Origin: Dendrobates tinctorius
Lineage: Eukaryota
Length of the DNA stretch: 64,000 nucleotides
Direction of reading: 5' to 3'
Assembly: GCF_039654945.1 (NCBI RefSeq)
Contig: NW_027361863.1
Location: 2,728,001-2,792,000, forward strand
The position numbers and the translations under genes were made by a program. The first letter of the stretch is position 1, and the number at the start of each line of letters is the position of its first letter. Below the pieces are notes generated by a model, which was given only the letters and a program-made list of their open reading frames with translations, was not told where the DNA came from and ran no database searches. Below are positions 13,131 to 24,349 of the stretch, piece by piece.

Positions 13131-13153
13131 AAAAGCCACAGATTTTAGAACTA

Positions 13154-14832
13154 CACTCCCTGACAGAAGTTATGTTGCTTTATCAATGTTATGTAAATAA
13201 AAGCTCATAACCTGATGTTAAATTCATCCATTGGTTGTATAAATTATTCTTTTGAAAGCTGAAACCCTCCGAAATGTGGTTTAGGTTAAGAAAATAAATT
13301 GGCATCAATGCAGAAATATTGATCATTTAATGGACACAGAATGGTCAGATTTTGGCAAGACAAAAGTTTTGTCGGCCACAGAAAGTAATGAGATATTCAA
13401 ACAAATAATTAACTTAAAATACAAATATAAGTTGCATAACATTGGTGAATGAAGTTGTGGTGATATTAGTCATATTTAATATTTTGTGTGACTTCCATGA
13501 GCTTGAAGGACTGCATCCATGCGGTTCAACAATGACTCATACAATTTATTAATGAAGTCATCAGGAATAGCACAGAATGCAGTCTTCCATGCCTCCCAGA
13601 GTCATCTAGATTCTTTGGCTTTGTCTTCCAAGCTTCCTCTTTCATCCTACCCCAAACATGCTCAATGATGTTCATGTCTGGTGACTGGGCTGGCCAGTCC
13701 TTGGGCACCTTGATCTTTTTTGCCTGGAGGAATTTTGTTGTAGAGATGGATGTATGAGATGGAGCACCATCCTGCTGCAGAATGTGACCCCTTTTATGAT
13801 TTGAAATATAAGAGGTAGCTAATACTTCTTGATATCTTAGGCTATTGATGTTGCCTTCCACCTTGCAAATGTTTCACACACCCCCATACTGAATGTAACC
13901 CCAGACCATGATCTTTCCACCACCAAATTTAACTTTCCTGGGTGTATTGTGGATCCATACCGGCTCCAGTAGGTCTCCTGCAGTATTTGTGGCGGCTGTG
14001 GTGTAATTCTCCAGAAGATTCATCGGAGAAATCCACCTTCTGCCACTTTTCCAGCGTCCATCTGTTTAGCAGGCTGTGGGACTTTGCAAATGCCACACGG
14101 TTTTTTATTTGCCTTTTGTTTAGTGCTGGCTTCTGGGCACTGATTCAACCATGGAGGCCATTTCAAGACAGAATCCTACAAACGGTTCTAGTTGACACAG
14201 GGACTTGAGGTGACCAGGCCTGTTGGAGCTCTGCTGCAGTGGAAGAGTGGCTTGCTTTGGATTTTCTAACCAACAAACGTTCCTCCTGAGCAGTTGTCTT
14301 GTGGGGTCTGCCGGACCTGGGCTTGTCAAAGACATCTTCAGTCTCTTCAAATCTTTTCTTAATTCTTTGTACTTGACGCTGAGACACAATAAAGGTGCCA
14401 GCCACCTCTGCAGTGGATCTGGTCTTCAGCCTCTTGATAATCCAGGCTTTGGTCACAGGGTGGATTTTTGGCATGTTGTCAGAGCTCAAGTTGCAGCTCA
14501 AGTGAAGGTCTGGAGTGCTGGGTTTCTTTTTATACACACCCACTAATTAACCGATCAGTTACAGATCACAGGTGAGGATGTAAGCTAGGATTGGGTGCAT
14601 TATATGACCAGGCGACAAAACTTTTGTCTTTCCAAAATCTGACCCTTCTGTGTCCATTAAATGATCAATATTTCTACATTGATGCCAATTTATTTTCTTA
14701 ACCTAAACCACATTTCGGAGGGTTTCATCTTTCAAAAGAATAATTTATACAACCAATGGATGAATTTAACGTCAGGTTATAAGCTTTTATTTACATAACA
14801 TGGATAAGCGACATAACTTCTGTCAGGGAGTG
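13154..14832 (-). mobile_element. Tc1-superfamily transposon, DD35E (Traveler-type spacing)
   Basis: ~220-bp TIRs (CACTCCCTGACAGAAG...), TA TSD at both ends; 35 residues between QQD and the E of SPDMNIIE. Confidence 0.92.
13476..14474 (-). pseudogene. Disrupted DD35E transposase
   Basis: Starts MPKIHPVTKAWIIK and ends HGSHTKY*; split across ORFs 14163-14543 and 13526-13861 by stops and frameshifts. Confidence 0.88.
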
Positions 14833-14866
14833 TACATGTACGCTCAGACTGCCCTACATGGAGGTG

Positions 14867-15688
14867 TGTTATGAGCTCATTTTCTCCTTCACCTTTGATG
14901 TCCGATGAACTCCCTCTGCTGGTGAAAGGAGGTAGTGAAATTGATTTGGATGGGAAAAACCTGTCATCTGAACAGGTGGAGTGTGATTGGACATCCGGAA
15001 TCTCTGAGTGGATATAAGGCCGCCGACGCACTGCTGGGTTGCTGGTGATCCTCTCTGCTCTGAGCTCTGGCCTCCAGTTTAGTCCTGTCTACTAAAGCTA
15101 AGTTTTTGCTCTGCTATTGTTCCATGAGATTTTGTCTGGTTTACTTAGTGTTTGTGTTCAGCCAGCCCTGGTTGGGACTGGCTGAACTCCATTTTTGTCT
15201 CTGATCAGTTGATCTCTTTGCTCTGTTTTCAGAATATACCTGAGTGCTGATATAGTGATTTTGAAGTCTAGTGACTTCAGGGCCTTTTCTATCAGACGTG
15301 TTGGACATTATTTTTGGCAGGGTTTTTGTGTGATTGCAGACAGTTGCTTTTCTTTCCTGTCCTACCTAGTTAGTGAGGGCCCCATCGTTTGTTCAGCCTG
15401 TCTTTCTGTGTTTTCATCTGTTTTCACCGTCAATACATGTTCGGGGCTGTCTATTGCTTTGGGGTCTGCTCTGGGGCAGTTTAGATTTCCCTTTTTCTTT
15501 CTTTAGGTTTATTTAGTTCTCTGGCTGTGAACGAGGTGTCTAGGATAACCGTAGGAACACCCCACGGCTACTGTTAGTTGTTGTGAATAGGATCAGGGGT
15601 CTGCAATCCGCTAGCTACCAACCTCTCCGGTTTTCTGGACTTAGCTTGTATTTTTGTTTTTTCCTCCTCCGGTGACTCATTCATAACA
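14867..15688 (+). repeat. 5' LTR
   Basis: TGTTATGAG...CATAACA; TATA box at ~15013. Confidence 0.95.
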
Positions 15689-15823
15689 GAATCACCAGCC
15701 ATACCGCAGATTCTAGGGTACTCAATAGCAGGAAAGAATTGTAAAAAAAAAAAAAGTGTCAGAATTTTTTTTTGTGTATATTTTTTCCTCTTTTTCTCTG
15801 GGGCCGTAGGAGGAATTTTCTTA

Positions 15824-16600
15824 ATGGAGATTAAGCAATTGTCTGATCGTGTGGAGCAGCTGGCTGCTGAAGTGCGGGGAATTTCCGCCTATCTTGTTCA
15901 TTCACATGCTGCTGAACCAAAGATTCCTACTCCTGATGTGTTTTTTGGGGATCAGTCTAAATTTTTGAATTTTAAGAATAATTGTAAATTTTTTCTTACC
16001 TTGAAGCCTAACTCATCGGGGAGCTCTACGCAGCAGGTTAAAATTGTCATCTTTGCTGCGCGGCGATCCCCAGGATTGGGCGTTTTCTTTGACACCTGAT
16101 GATCCAATTCTAACTAATGTGGACGCATTTTTTCAAGGCTTGGGGTTGTTGTATGATGAACCTAATGCTATTGATCAAGCTGAGAAAGCCCTGTTGGCAT
16201 TGAGCCAGGGTCAGGATTCTGCAGAGTTATACTGTCAAAAATTCCGAAAGTGGGCGGTCCTTACTACCTGGAATGATGGCATTGGCAGCTCTCTTTCGGA
16301 AGGGTTTGTCAGAAACCGTAAAAGACACTATGGTGGGATTTCCTGTTCCCTCTGGTCTTGACGATTCTATGTCATTAGCCATTCAGGTTGATCGGCGTTT
16401 ACGTGAACGCAAAAGTACACGAGAAATGTTGCCACCTGTTGAACAAATGTCTGAACCTATGCAATGTGATAGTTTTGTCTAGGGCGCAACGTCAGGAGTT
16501 CAGAAGGCGTAATAAGCTGTGTTTTTTCTGTGGAGATGCCTCTCATATGATTTCTGTCTGCCCTAAACGAGAGAAACGTTTTGCACACACATTTGCTGTG
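15824..16600 (+). pseudogene. Gypsy gag, frameshifted, with CCHC zinc knuckle
   Basis: EPKIPTPDVFFGD, SSLLRGDPQDWA, QGQDSAELY, CFFCGDASHMISVC across several frames. Confidence 0.88.
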
Positions 16601-19600
16601 GGTGGTGTTCAACCTAAGTTTCTTCTGGCAATTACTCTGATCTGCTCCCTATCCACATTTTCCGCTAAGGCTTTTGTGGATTCGGGAGCGGCTCTGAACC
16701 TGATTGACTTGGATTTTTGCTAAACGTTGTGGGTTTCCCATGACACCTCTGCAGACGCCTATCCCTTTGAGGGGTATTGATGCTACTCCTTTTCAATTTA
16801 TCTGTACCCGAGCACGAGGCTATGCGATCTTATATTAAGGAGTCGTTGGAGAAGGGTCATATTAGACCATCCTCTTCACCCTTGGGTGCTGGGTTTTTTT
16901 TCGTGGCCAAGAAAGATGGTTCATTAAGGCCTTGTATTGCCTATCGTTCCCTCAACAAAATTACTGTTAAATATCAGTATCCGTTACCCCTGATTTCTGA
17001 TGTATTCTCCAGAGTTAAAGGTGCTTGCTGGTTTACCAAGCTTGACCTCAGGGGGGGCGTATAATCTTATCCGCATTAAGCATGGGGATGAATGGAAGAC
17101 GGCGTTTAATACTCCGAAGGGACATTTTGAGTACCTGGTGATGCCTTTTGGGCTCACTAATGCCCCTTCTGTCTTCCAGTGCTTCATGAATGATATTTTC
17201 CGGGACTTTGTGGATAAATTTTTGATCATCTATCTGGATGATATTTTGATCTTTTCCAGGGATTGGGACTCTCATGTGGAACATGTTCGGACTGTGTTCC
17301 GGATTTTGAGGGAGAATTCCCTGTATGTTAAGGGATCGAAATGCCTTTTTGCTGTACAGAGGATTTCATTTTTGGGATTTTGTCTCCGTCAACTATTGAA
17401 ATGGACCCGGCCAAGGTACAGGCCATTTATGATTGGGTTCAGCCCACTTCTTTGGAGGCCCTCCAGAAGTTTTTGGGTTTTGCTAATTTTTATCATAAAT
17501 TTATAGCTAATTTTTCTGGTATTGCCAAACCATTCACTGATTTGACTAAGAAGGGTGCTTGTTGTGAGTTCATTTTCCCCTTCACCATTGAGGTCTGATG
17601 AACTCCCTCTTCTGGTGAAGGAAGGTAGTGAGGCTGATTACCAAGCACCTGGGCAGGATGATGATGACTGGGTGACGGGAATTACTGACTGGATATAAGG
17701 CAGCCGACGCCCTTCTGCCTTGCTGGTGATCTCTCTGAGGGATTCTAGGAGTCCAGTCTGATTCCTGCTCCTCAAAAGCTAAGTTTTCTGTTCTACTTTT
17801 TGCATTTGTGTTTTGGTTTTGTTTTGCATTGTTTTCCTTGATTTCTGCTATTCCCTGCTGAGGTGAGCTGAATTCCTTTTTGCTCTGTCTTCAGAAAATA
17901 CCTGAGTACTGATATAGTCTTTTTGAAGCCCAGCATCTTCAGGGCTTTTTTCCCTATCAGCTGTTGGCTCTTGTTTTTGATAGGATTTTGGCGGATTACA
18001 GACAGCAGCTTTTCTATCCTGTCCTATCTAGTTAGCTTGGGCCCCATCATTTGATCAGCCTATCTTTCTATCTGTGTGAGTGTTTTTTCATCTTGCTTCA
18101 CCGTCATTATATGTTGGGGGCTGCCTATTGCTTTTGGGTCTGCAATCCGATAGCTGCCAACTTCTCTGGTTTTCTGGACTTAGCTAGTATTTCTGTTTTT
18201 GCCTCCTACGGTGACTCATTCATAACAGGTGCTGATGTGCTGAATTGGTCTCCAGAGGCTGTTTCTTCCTTTCAAGAGCTGAAGCGGAGGTTCACTTCTG
18301 CTCCGGTTTTGCGGCAACCTGATGTCTCACTCCCGTTTCAGGTAGAGGTGGACGCTTCTGAGATTGGTGCAGGAGCTGTTTTGTCCCAAAAAAGATCCGG
18401 TAACATCTAAAATGAATCCCTGTGCTTTCTTTTCCCGAAAGTTCTCCCCATCCGAACGCAACTATGATGTGGGGAATCGGGAACTGTTAGCCATGAAATG
18501 GGCATTTGAGGAGTGGAGACATTGGTTGGAGGGAGCTAAACATCAAGTCGTGGTCCTTACTGACCACAAGAATTTGATTTACCTTGAGTCGGCCAAACGC
18601 TTGAATCCTAGACAGGCTAGGTGGGCCTTGTTTTTCACACGTTTTGATTTTGTGGTCTCTTTTCTTCCGGGCACTAAGAATGTCAAGGCAGACCCCCTCT
18701 CTAGGAGTTTCTTTGCTGATTCTCCTATTGTGACCAAGCCTGCTACCATCTTAGGTGAGGGGGTAGTTCTTTCTGCCATGTCGCACGATTTGAGATGTGC
18801 TCTGGAAGAGTTTCAGGAGGACAAACCTGAGCGTTGTCCCATTGGAAAATTGTATGTTCCTGACCAGTGGAGGAAGAGAGTAATGTCTGAAGTTCATTGC
18901 TCCGCATTGGCTGGTCATCAAGGTATTTTTGGTACTAGAGATTTGGTGAGTCGGTCTTTTTGGTGGCCCGCCTTACCTCGTGATGTCAGGAATTTTGTGC
19001 AGTCCTGTGGGACTTGCTCCCGGTCTAAACCTTGTTCTCGCTCTAGTGGGTTGTTGATGCCTTTGCCGGTGCCCAGGAGGCCATGGACCCATATTTCAAT
19101 GGATTTTATTTCTGATATGCCTGTCTCTCAGAGAATGACTGTTATTTGGGTGATTTGTGATAGATTCTCTAAGATGGTCCATCTTGTACCACTCCCTAAG
19201 TTGCCATCTTCCTCAGGGTTGGTGCCCTTGTTTTTGCAACAGGTGGTTCGTTTGCATGGGATTCCTGAGAATATTGTGTCTGACAGAGGAGTTCAGTTTG
19301 TTTCTAGATTTTGGAGGACTTTTTGTTCCAAGCTGGGAATTCAGTTGTCCTTCTCCTCTGCGTTTCACCGTCAGACCAATGGGCAGACGGAGAGAACAAA
19401 CCAGACCTTGGAGTCGTATTTGAGATGTTTTATTTCCGCCGATCAGGATGATTGGGTTTCATTTTTGCCCTTGGCCGAATTTGCTTTAAATAATAGAGCT
19501 AGTTCTGCCACTTTGATGTCACCTTTTTTTTGTAACTTTGGGTTTCATCCTCGATTCTCTTCAGGGCAGGTGGAGTCTTCTGCCTGCCCAGGTGTTGACA

Positions 19601-20328
19601 CTGTGGTGGAGAGAATGCACCAGATCTGGGACCAAGTGGTGGATAAGTTGTCTCTCTCCCAGGAAAAGGCCCAGCGGTTTTCCAACCGGCATAAGACCAT
19701 TGGTCCCCGGTTTAAGGTGGGTGATATGGTTTGGTTGTCATCAAAGAATATCTCTATGAAGGTGGCTTCTCCAAAGTTTAAACCTAGATTTATTGGACCT
19801 TACAAGATTTTGGAGATTCTTAATCTGGTCGCTTTTCGATTGGCTCTTCCTGTTACATTCAAGATCTATAACGTGTTTCATAAGTCTCTGTTAAAGAGGT
19901 TTGTTGAGCCAGTAGTTCCTGTGGTGGCACCTCCTGACCCTGTATTGGTTGAAGGGAATGTGGAATATGAGGTTGAGAAGAGACTGGATTCTCGTCTGGC
20001 TAGACGGAGACTCCAGTATTTGGTTAAGTGGAAGGGTTATGGCCAGGAGGATAATTCTTGGGTCTCTGCATCCGATATTCATGCCGAAAGATTGGTTCGT
20101 GCTTTTCATCGGGCCCATCCTGATCGCCCTGGTGGCGTGGATGAGGGTTCGGTGACCCCTCCTCAAGGGGGAGGTACTGTTATGAGCTCATTTTCTCCTT
20201 CACCTTTGATGCCCGATGAACTCCCTCTGCTGGTGAAAGGAGGTAGTGAAATTGATTTGGATGGGAAAAACCTGTCATCTGAACAGGTGGAGTGTGATTG
20301 GACATCCGGAATCTCTGAGTGGATATAA
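16600..20328 (+). pseudogene. Gypsy pol (PR-RT-RNaseH-IN-chromodomain), disrupted
   Basis: PR AFVDSGA; [28 protein letters not shown]; RNase [20 protein letters not shown]; IN HCSALAGH, SDRGVQF, NGQTERTN; chromodomain YEVEK...QYLVKWKGY; apparent deletion near 16790 and nested LTR at 17560-18227. Confidence 0.93.
17560..18227 (+). mobile_element. Solo LTR of a related Gypsy subfamily nested in the RT/RNase H region
   Basis: TGTTGTGAG...CATAACA flanked by GGTGCT on both sides; pol reads ...LTKKG|[10 protein letters not shown] across it. Confidence 0.95.
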
Positions 20329-21002
20329 GGCCGCCGACGCCCTGCTGGGTTGCTGGTGATCCTCTCTGCTCTGAGCTCTGGCCTCCAGTTTAGTCCTGTC
20401 TACTAAAGCTAAGTTTTTGCTCTCCTATTGTTCCATGAGATTTTGTCTGGTTTACTTAGTGTTTGTGTTCAGCCAGCCCTGGTTGGGACTGGCTGAACTC
20501 CATTTTTCCTCTGATCAGTTGATCTCTTTGCTCTGTTTTCAGAATATACTGGAGTGCTGATATAGTGATTTTGAAGTCTAGTGACTTCAGGGCCTTTTCT
20601 ATCAGACGTGTTGGACATTATTTTTGCCAAGGTTTTTGCGTGATTGCAGACAGTTGCTTTTCTTTCCTGTCCTATCTAGTTAGTGAGGGCCCCATCGTTT
20701 GCTCAGCCTGTGTTTCTGTCTGTGTTTTCATCTGTTTTCACCGTCAATACATGTTGGGGGCTGTCTACTGCTTTGGGGTCTGCTCTGGGGCAGTTTAGAT
20801 TTCCCCTTTTCTTTCTTTAGGCTTATTTAGTTCTCCGGTTATGAACGAGGTGTCTAGGACCACCGTAGGAACACCCCACGGCTACTGTTAGTTGTTGTGA
20901 ATAGGAACAGGGGTCTGCAATCCGCTAGCTACCAACCTCTCCGGTTTTCTGGACTTAGCTTGTATTTTTGTTTTTTCCTCCTCCGGTGACTCATTCATAA
21001 CA
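20178..21002 (+). repeat. 3' LTR
   Basis: Direct repeat of 14867-15688. Confidence 0.95.
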
Positions 21003-21178
21003 GAGGTGCGATTACTCCATTACATAATTTAGCCCAGACAGAATCCCTTTAAGAAAAAAATGCCCCTATTGTAAGCCATGACATGGTGAATGACGCAAAA
21101 CCATCAGTCCATGCCAAACGGAAAAAACTATTTGCGCTTAATTGAATGGCATAAGAAATTACGAAAGATATTACTAAC

Positions 21179-21361
21179 CTCCTAAACTGATGATCACGGA
21201 CCACCCTGCTGCCCCATATTGTGGGGTCTACAACAGTCACCAGAATAACCAGAAAGGTTATAATAAAAATCACTAGAATGGCCACTCGCTGCCGGGAGAA
21301 CTGTGTGACCGAGGGCAGGCTGCAGTGCCAGGACACGGGAAACAAGCAGGAGAAACTGATC
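21179..21361 (-). CDS. ENTPD7: ENTPD7 coding exon (183 bp), N-terminal transmembrane segment
   Basis: tttcag|G...AG|gttagt; ISFSCLFPVSWHCSLPSVTQFSRQRVAILVIFIITFLVILVTVVD...RDHQFR. Confidence 0.94.
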
Positions 21362-22204
21362 CTGAAACAAACAAACAAAGAGATCATTAGTTATACACAC
21401 CAGCTTCATGGATAACATTTGGGGGCAATTTTTCTTTTTACTTGAATGCATGTAATTGGTGCTAAAAATCACTTTTGCAGTTTGTTTTAATGAAAAAAGT
21501 TGCACTATTTGCTTTCTATAGCCTCACTGTTGTACTGTTGTATTGCCGACTACAAAATGAGTTAACTGAAAACCCTTCAGTGAGCTCGTTCTGACAAGTT
21601 TATGGAAGAAATTGAGGATCTTTTCTGGGCGCCTCTTCGCCGATTTATGACCACATCAAAGTTGATTATGGAGGGAAACAAAGATCCCCCAAAAAAGTCA
21701 ACATTTTTAAAGAAAACTAATTACAAAAATCAGTTCTAGCTCCAAATACAATTGCTTTAACATTATTTTTATATTTTAACTGGCTGACAACACAAGAATC
21801 AAAATCATTAAGAAAGATTGTAAAAGCCCAAGTAGTCAATGACCCAGGAAGTCCACTGATGGACCCTTTTTCACATTCATGTTGCCAAATCAGCTGTTCC
21901 AAAACTACAACTCGCAGCATGCCCTGACAGCGTGAAGCTGACATACGGAGTTTTTACAACAGCAGAGGAGTTATAGATTTTGGAAATCCAGAGCTGCAGC
22001 CGTGGTCACTAACTAGTACAAAACTACAGCTCTCAGTGTCTCCTGACAGCAGGGGAATGCTGGGAGATGTAGTTCTGAAACAGATGAAAAGTTGCAGGAT
22101 GGAGAACACTGGTCTGGTCTTCTCATGGATTGGGTGCAGTGATTTTGCCCCCTGTACCCTTTGCAGCCCCCACACACCATCATTTTTGCATTTATAGTAA
22201 TTAC

Positions 22205-22212
22205 CTGGCCAT
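22205..22212 (-). CDS. ENTPD7: ENTPD7 start-codon exon, coding part ATGGCCAG (exon probably 22205-22324)
   Basis: ATG GCC AG|gtaa joins in phase to give MAR-ISFS; upstream acceptor cttcccag at 22325-22326. Confidence 0.85.
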
Positions 22213-22689
22213 ATGATCCCCGTCAGCTGCTCCTCACGTCTGTTGTCCACATGTCACCTCATACACCGTGTGCCGCAGGGATATGGAGTCACATACACCA
22301 TCATCGCCCTCCGCCTCCTCCTGCCTGGGAAGTACACGAGAGTCACACCTGGTACATGGCCGTCATATTGCCCAGTTATAAGCTACAAGTGACTGACAGA
22401 AGCGTTGAACATTAACCACACAGATAACAGTCAGCCGATGCTGGTCGGAGATAACCATGAGAGGCCGCCCCGTGGGTGCAGGCATTAGACCAGCAGGACG
22501 GCCTGGCCCTTGGGGCTGCCACCCTGGGAGCGGACGGGCCGGGCCGCCTGTTCCTCAGGGATGCCCCCAGGGGGGGGTGACTACCACCTGGAGGCTGAGG
22601 AGCCGCCCGGTAGGTGCAGATATTAGACTAGCAGGACCGCCTGGCCCTCAGGGTACCTATGTGGGTGGAGGAGCCGCCAATTGGGGGTA

Positions 22690-23050
22690 GAGGGACTGCC
22701 TGTCCCTCGGGGCTCTCACCCTGGGGGCGGAGGGGCTGCCTGTCCCTCGGGCCTCTCACCCTGGGGGGCGAAGGGGCTGCCTGTCCCTCGGGCCTCTCAC
22801 CCTGGGGGGCGGAGGGGCTGCCTGTCCCTCGGGCCTCTCACCCTGGGGGGCGGAGGGGCTGCCTGTCCCTCGGGCCTCTCACCCTGGGGGGCGGAGGGGC
22901 TGCCTGTCCCTCGGGCCTCTCACCCTGGGGGCGGAGGGGCTGCCTGTCCCTCGGGCCTCTCACCCTGGGGGCGGAGGGGCTGCCTGTCCCTCGGGCCTCT
23001 CACCCTGGGGGCGGAGGGGCTGCCTGTCCCTCGGGGGTCTCACCTTGGGG
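22690..23050. repeat. 40-41-bp GC-rich minisatellite, ~9 copies
   Basis: Unit GGAGGGGCTGCCTGTCCCTCGGGCCTCTCACCCTGGGGGC. Confidence 0.95.
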
Positions 23051-23237
23051 GCTCCCACCAGGGGGCGAAGCGTCCGCCTGCCCCCCAAGGCTCCTATGTG
23101 GCTGGAGAGCACTTGCACCCCTGGACATTTAAGGAGCTGGAGGAACCAATTAGAAAAAGGTCTCCATGTGACAAATCTCTTTAAGCTAAAAGGGGTATTA
23201 CTAACTGAAAGCTTCAGCGCCCCACAGCTCCGACCAG

Positions 23238-23500
23238 AGGTGGAGGACACCTGCCCCTCAGTGCTCCCAGGTGGGTGGAGGACACCTGCCCCTCAGTGCT
23301 CCCAGGTGGGTGGAGGACACCTGCCCCTCAGTGCTCCCAGGTGGGTGGAGGACACCTGCCCCTCAGTGCTCCCAGGTGGGTGGAGACCACCTGCCCCTCA
23401 GTGCTCCCAGGTGGGTGGAGGACACCTGCCCCTCAGTGCTCCCAGGTGGGTGGAGGACACCTGCCCCTCAGTGCTCCCAGGTGGGTGGAGGACACCTGCT
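23238..23500. repeat. 35-bp minisatellite, ~7.5 copies
   Basis: Unit GGTGGAGGACACCTGCCCCTCAGTGCTCCCAGGTG. Confidence 0.95.
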
Positions 23501-23651
23501 CTAAAGGAGTGGATGTAAAATCATAATGTTCTATATTTATACACAGTAGATCGGCAGTAGATGCTGGGACTAGTAGTTCTACTGCTATATAACCTACCGA
23601 TCGCTGTAGCTCAGCGCATCAGTCTCCCGGTCAGTGTCACTAGCCTCTCAC

Positions 23652-23950
23652 CCCCCTACAGAGGCCCCATACTGCCCGGTGCCCGCAGAGCCTCCGCACC
23701 CGGAAGTCAGGAGCCGGCACTCCGAGCCTCCGCTACCACGTCGTCTTCAGACTTGTTTTTTTTTTTGTTCGAAAAAACTTTATTGACTTGGCAACATCGT
23801 GTCTGAACATAGATGTCACGTGACCCGGAGTCCTGGACTGTGGCGGCGGCTTCCGGGAATCCGGGTCAGAGCGGGAGCGGTGTGTGGTGTCACAGAGAGC
23901 ACGGGGGACACACTGATAGCAGCTGCGGGCTGGAGGCTTCCTCCCCACCG
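23652..23950 (-). promoter_or_regulatory. ENTPD7: Putative ENTPD7 promoter and non-coding exon 1
   Basis: CpG-rich patch; minus-strand donor G|GTGAGA at 23651; ETS CCGGAAGT at ~23700; palindromic GTCACGTGAC at 23815-23824. Confidence 0.6.
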
Positions 23951-24349
23951 CTCTCCATCTGAAGTCAAAACGTCAACCAATTAAAGTTCACTTTTGAGTA
24001 GTTGTTAAATTGTATCTTTAAAACTTTCCATGAAGTCTATGGACACTAACCCAGGATGGGGGATCAGGCCTAGTGAAAAGGAAAATGGAGGCTTTGGATC
24101 AGGCCTGTCCGGACATCGTGGTCTGTACGGTGTCTGGGTGTCGTCTCCCATAGGCGTACACCCAACAATGGTGGCGCCTGATGATGGCGCCTGTACCAAT
24201 ATAGTACGTGGCCCTGTTGGCACATAGGCCAAAAATCCGTTTTGCAGGGGGTTTGGACTTAAGCCGTGATGGGACCACCAAACGTGGGCAGTGTGAGTGG
24301 CCTTAACCTCATCTGCACCCATCCCACTTTACCCAAGTCCTTCCCATAA

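Larger units (their letters stand above)
14867..21002 (+). mobile_element. Ty3/Gypsy chromovirus-type LTR retrotransposon with both LTRs, coding region decayed, antisense to ENTPD7
   Basis: LTRs 14867-15688 and 20178-21002 (TG...CA, roughly 97% identical by eye); flanked by GAGGTG on both sides; PPT AAGGGGGAGG before the 3' LTR. Confidence 0.97.
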
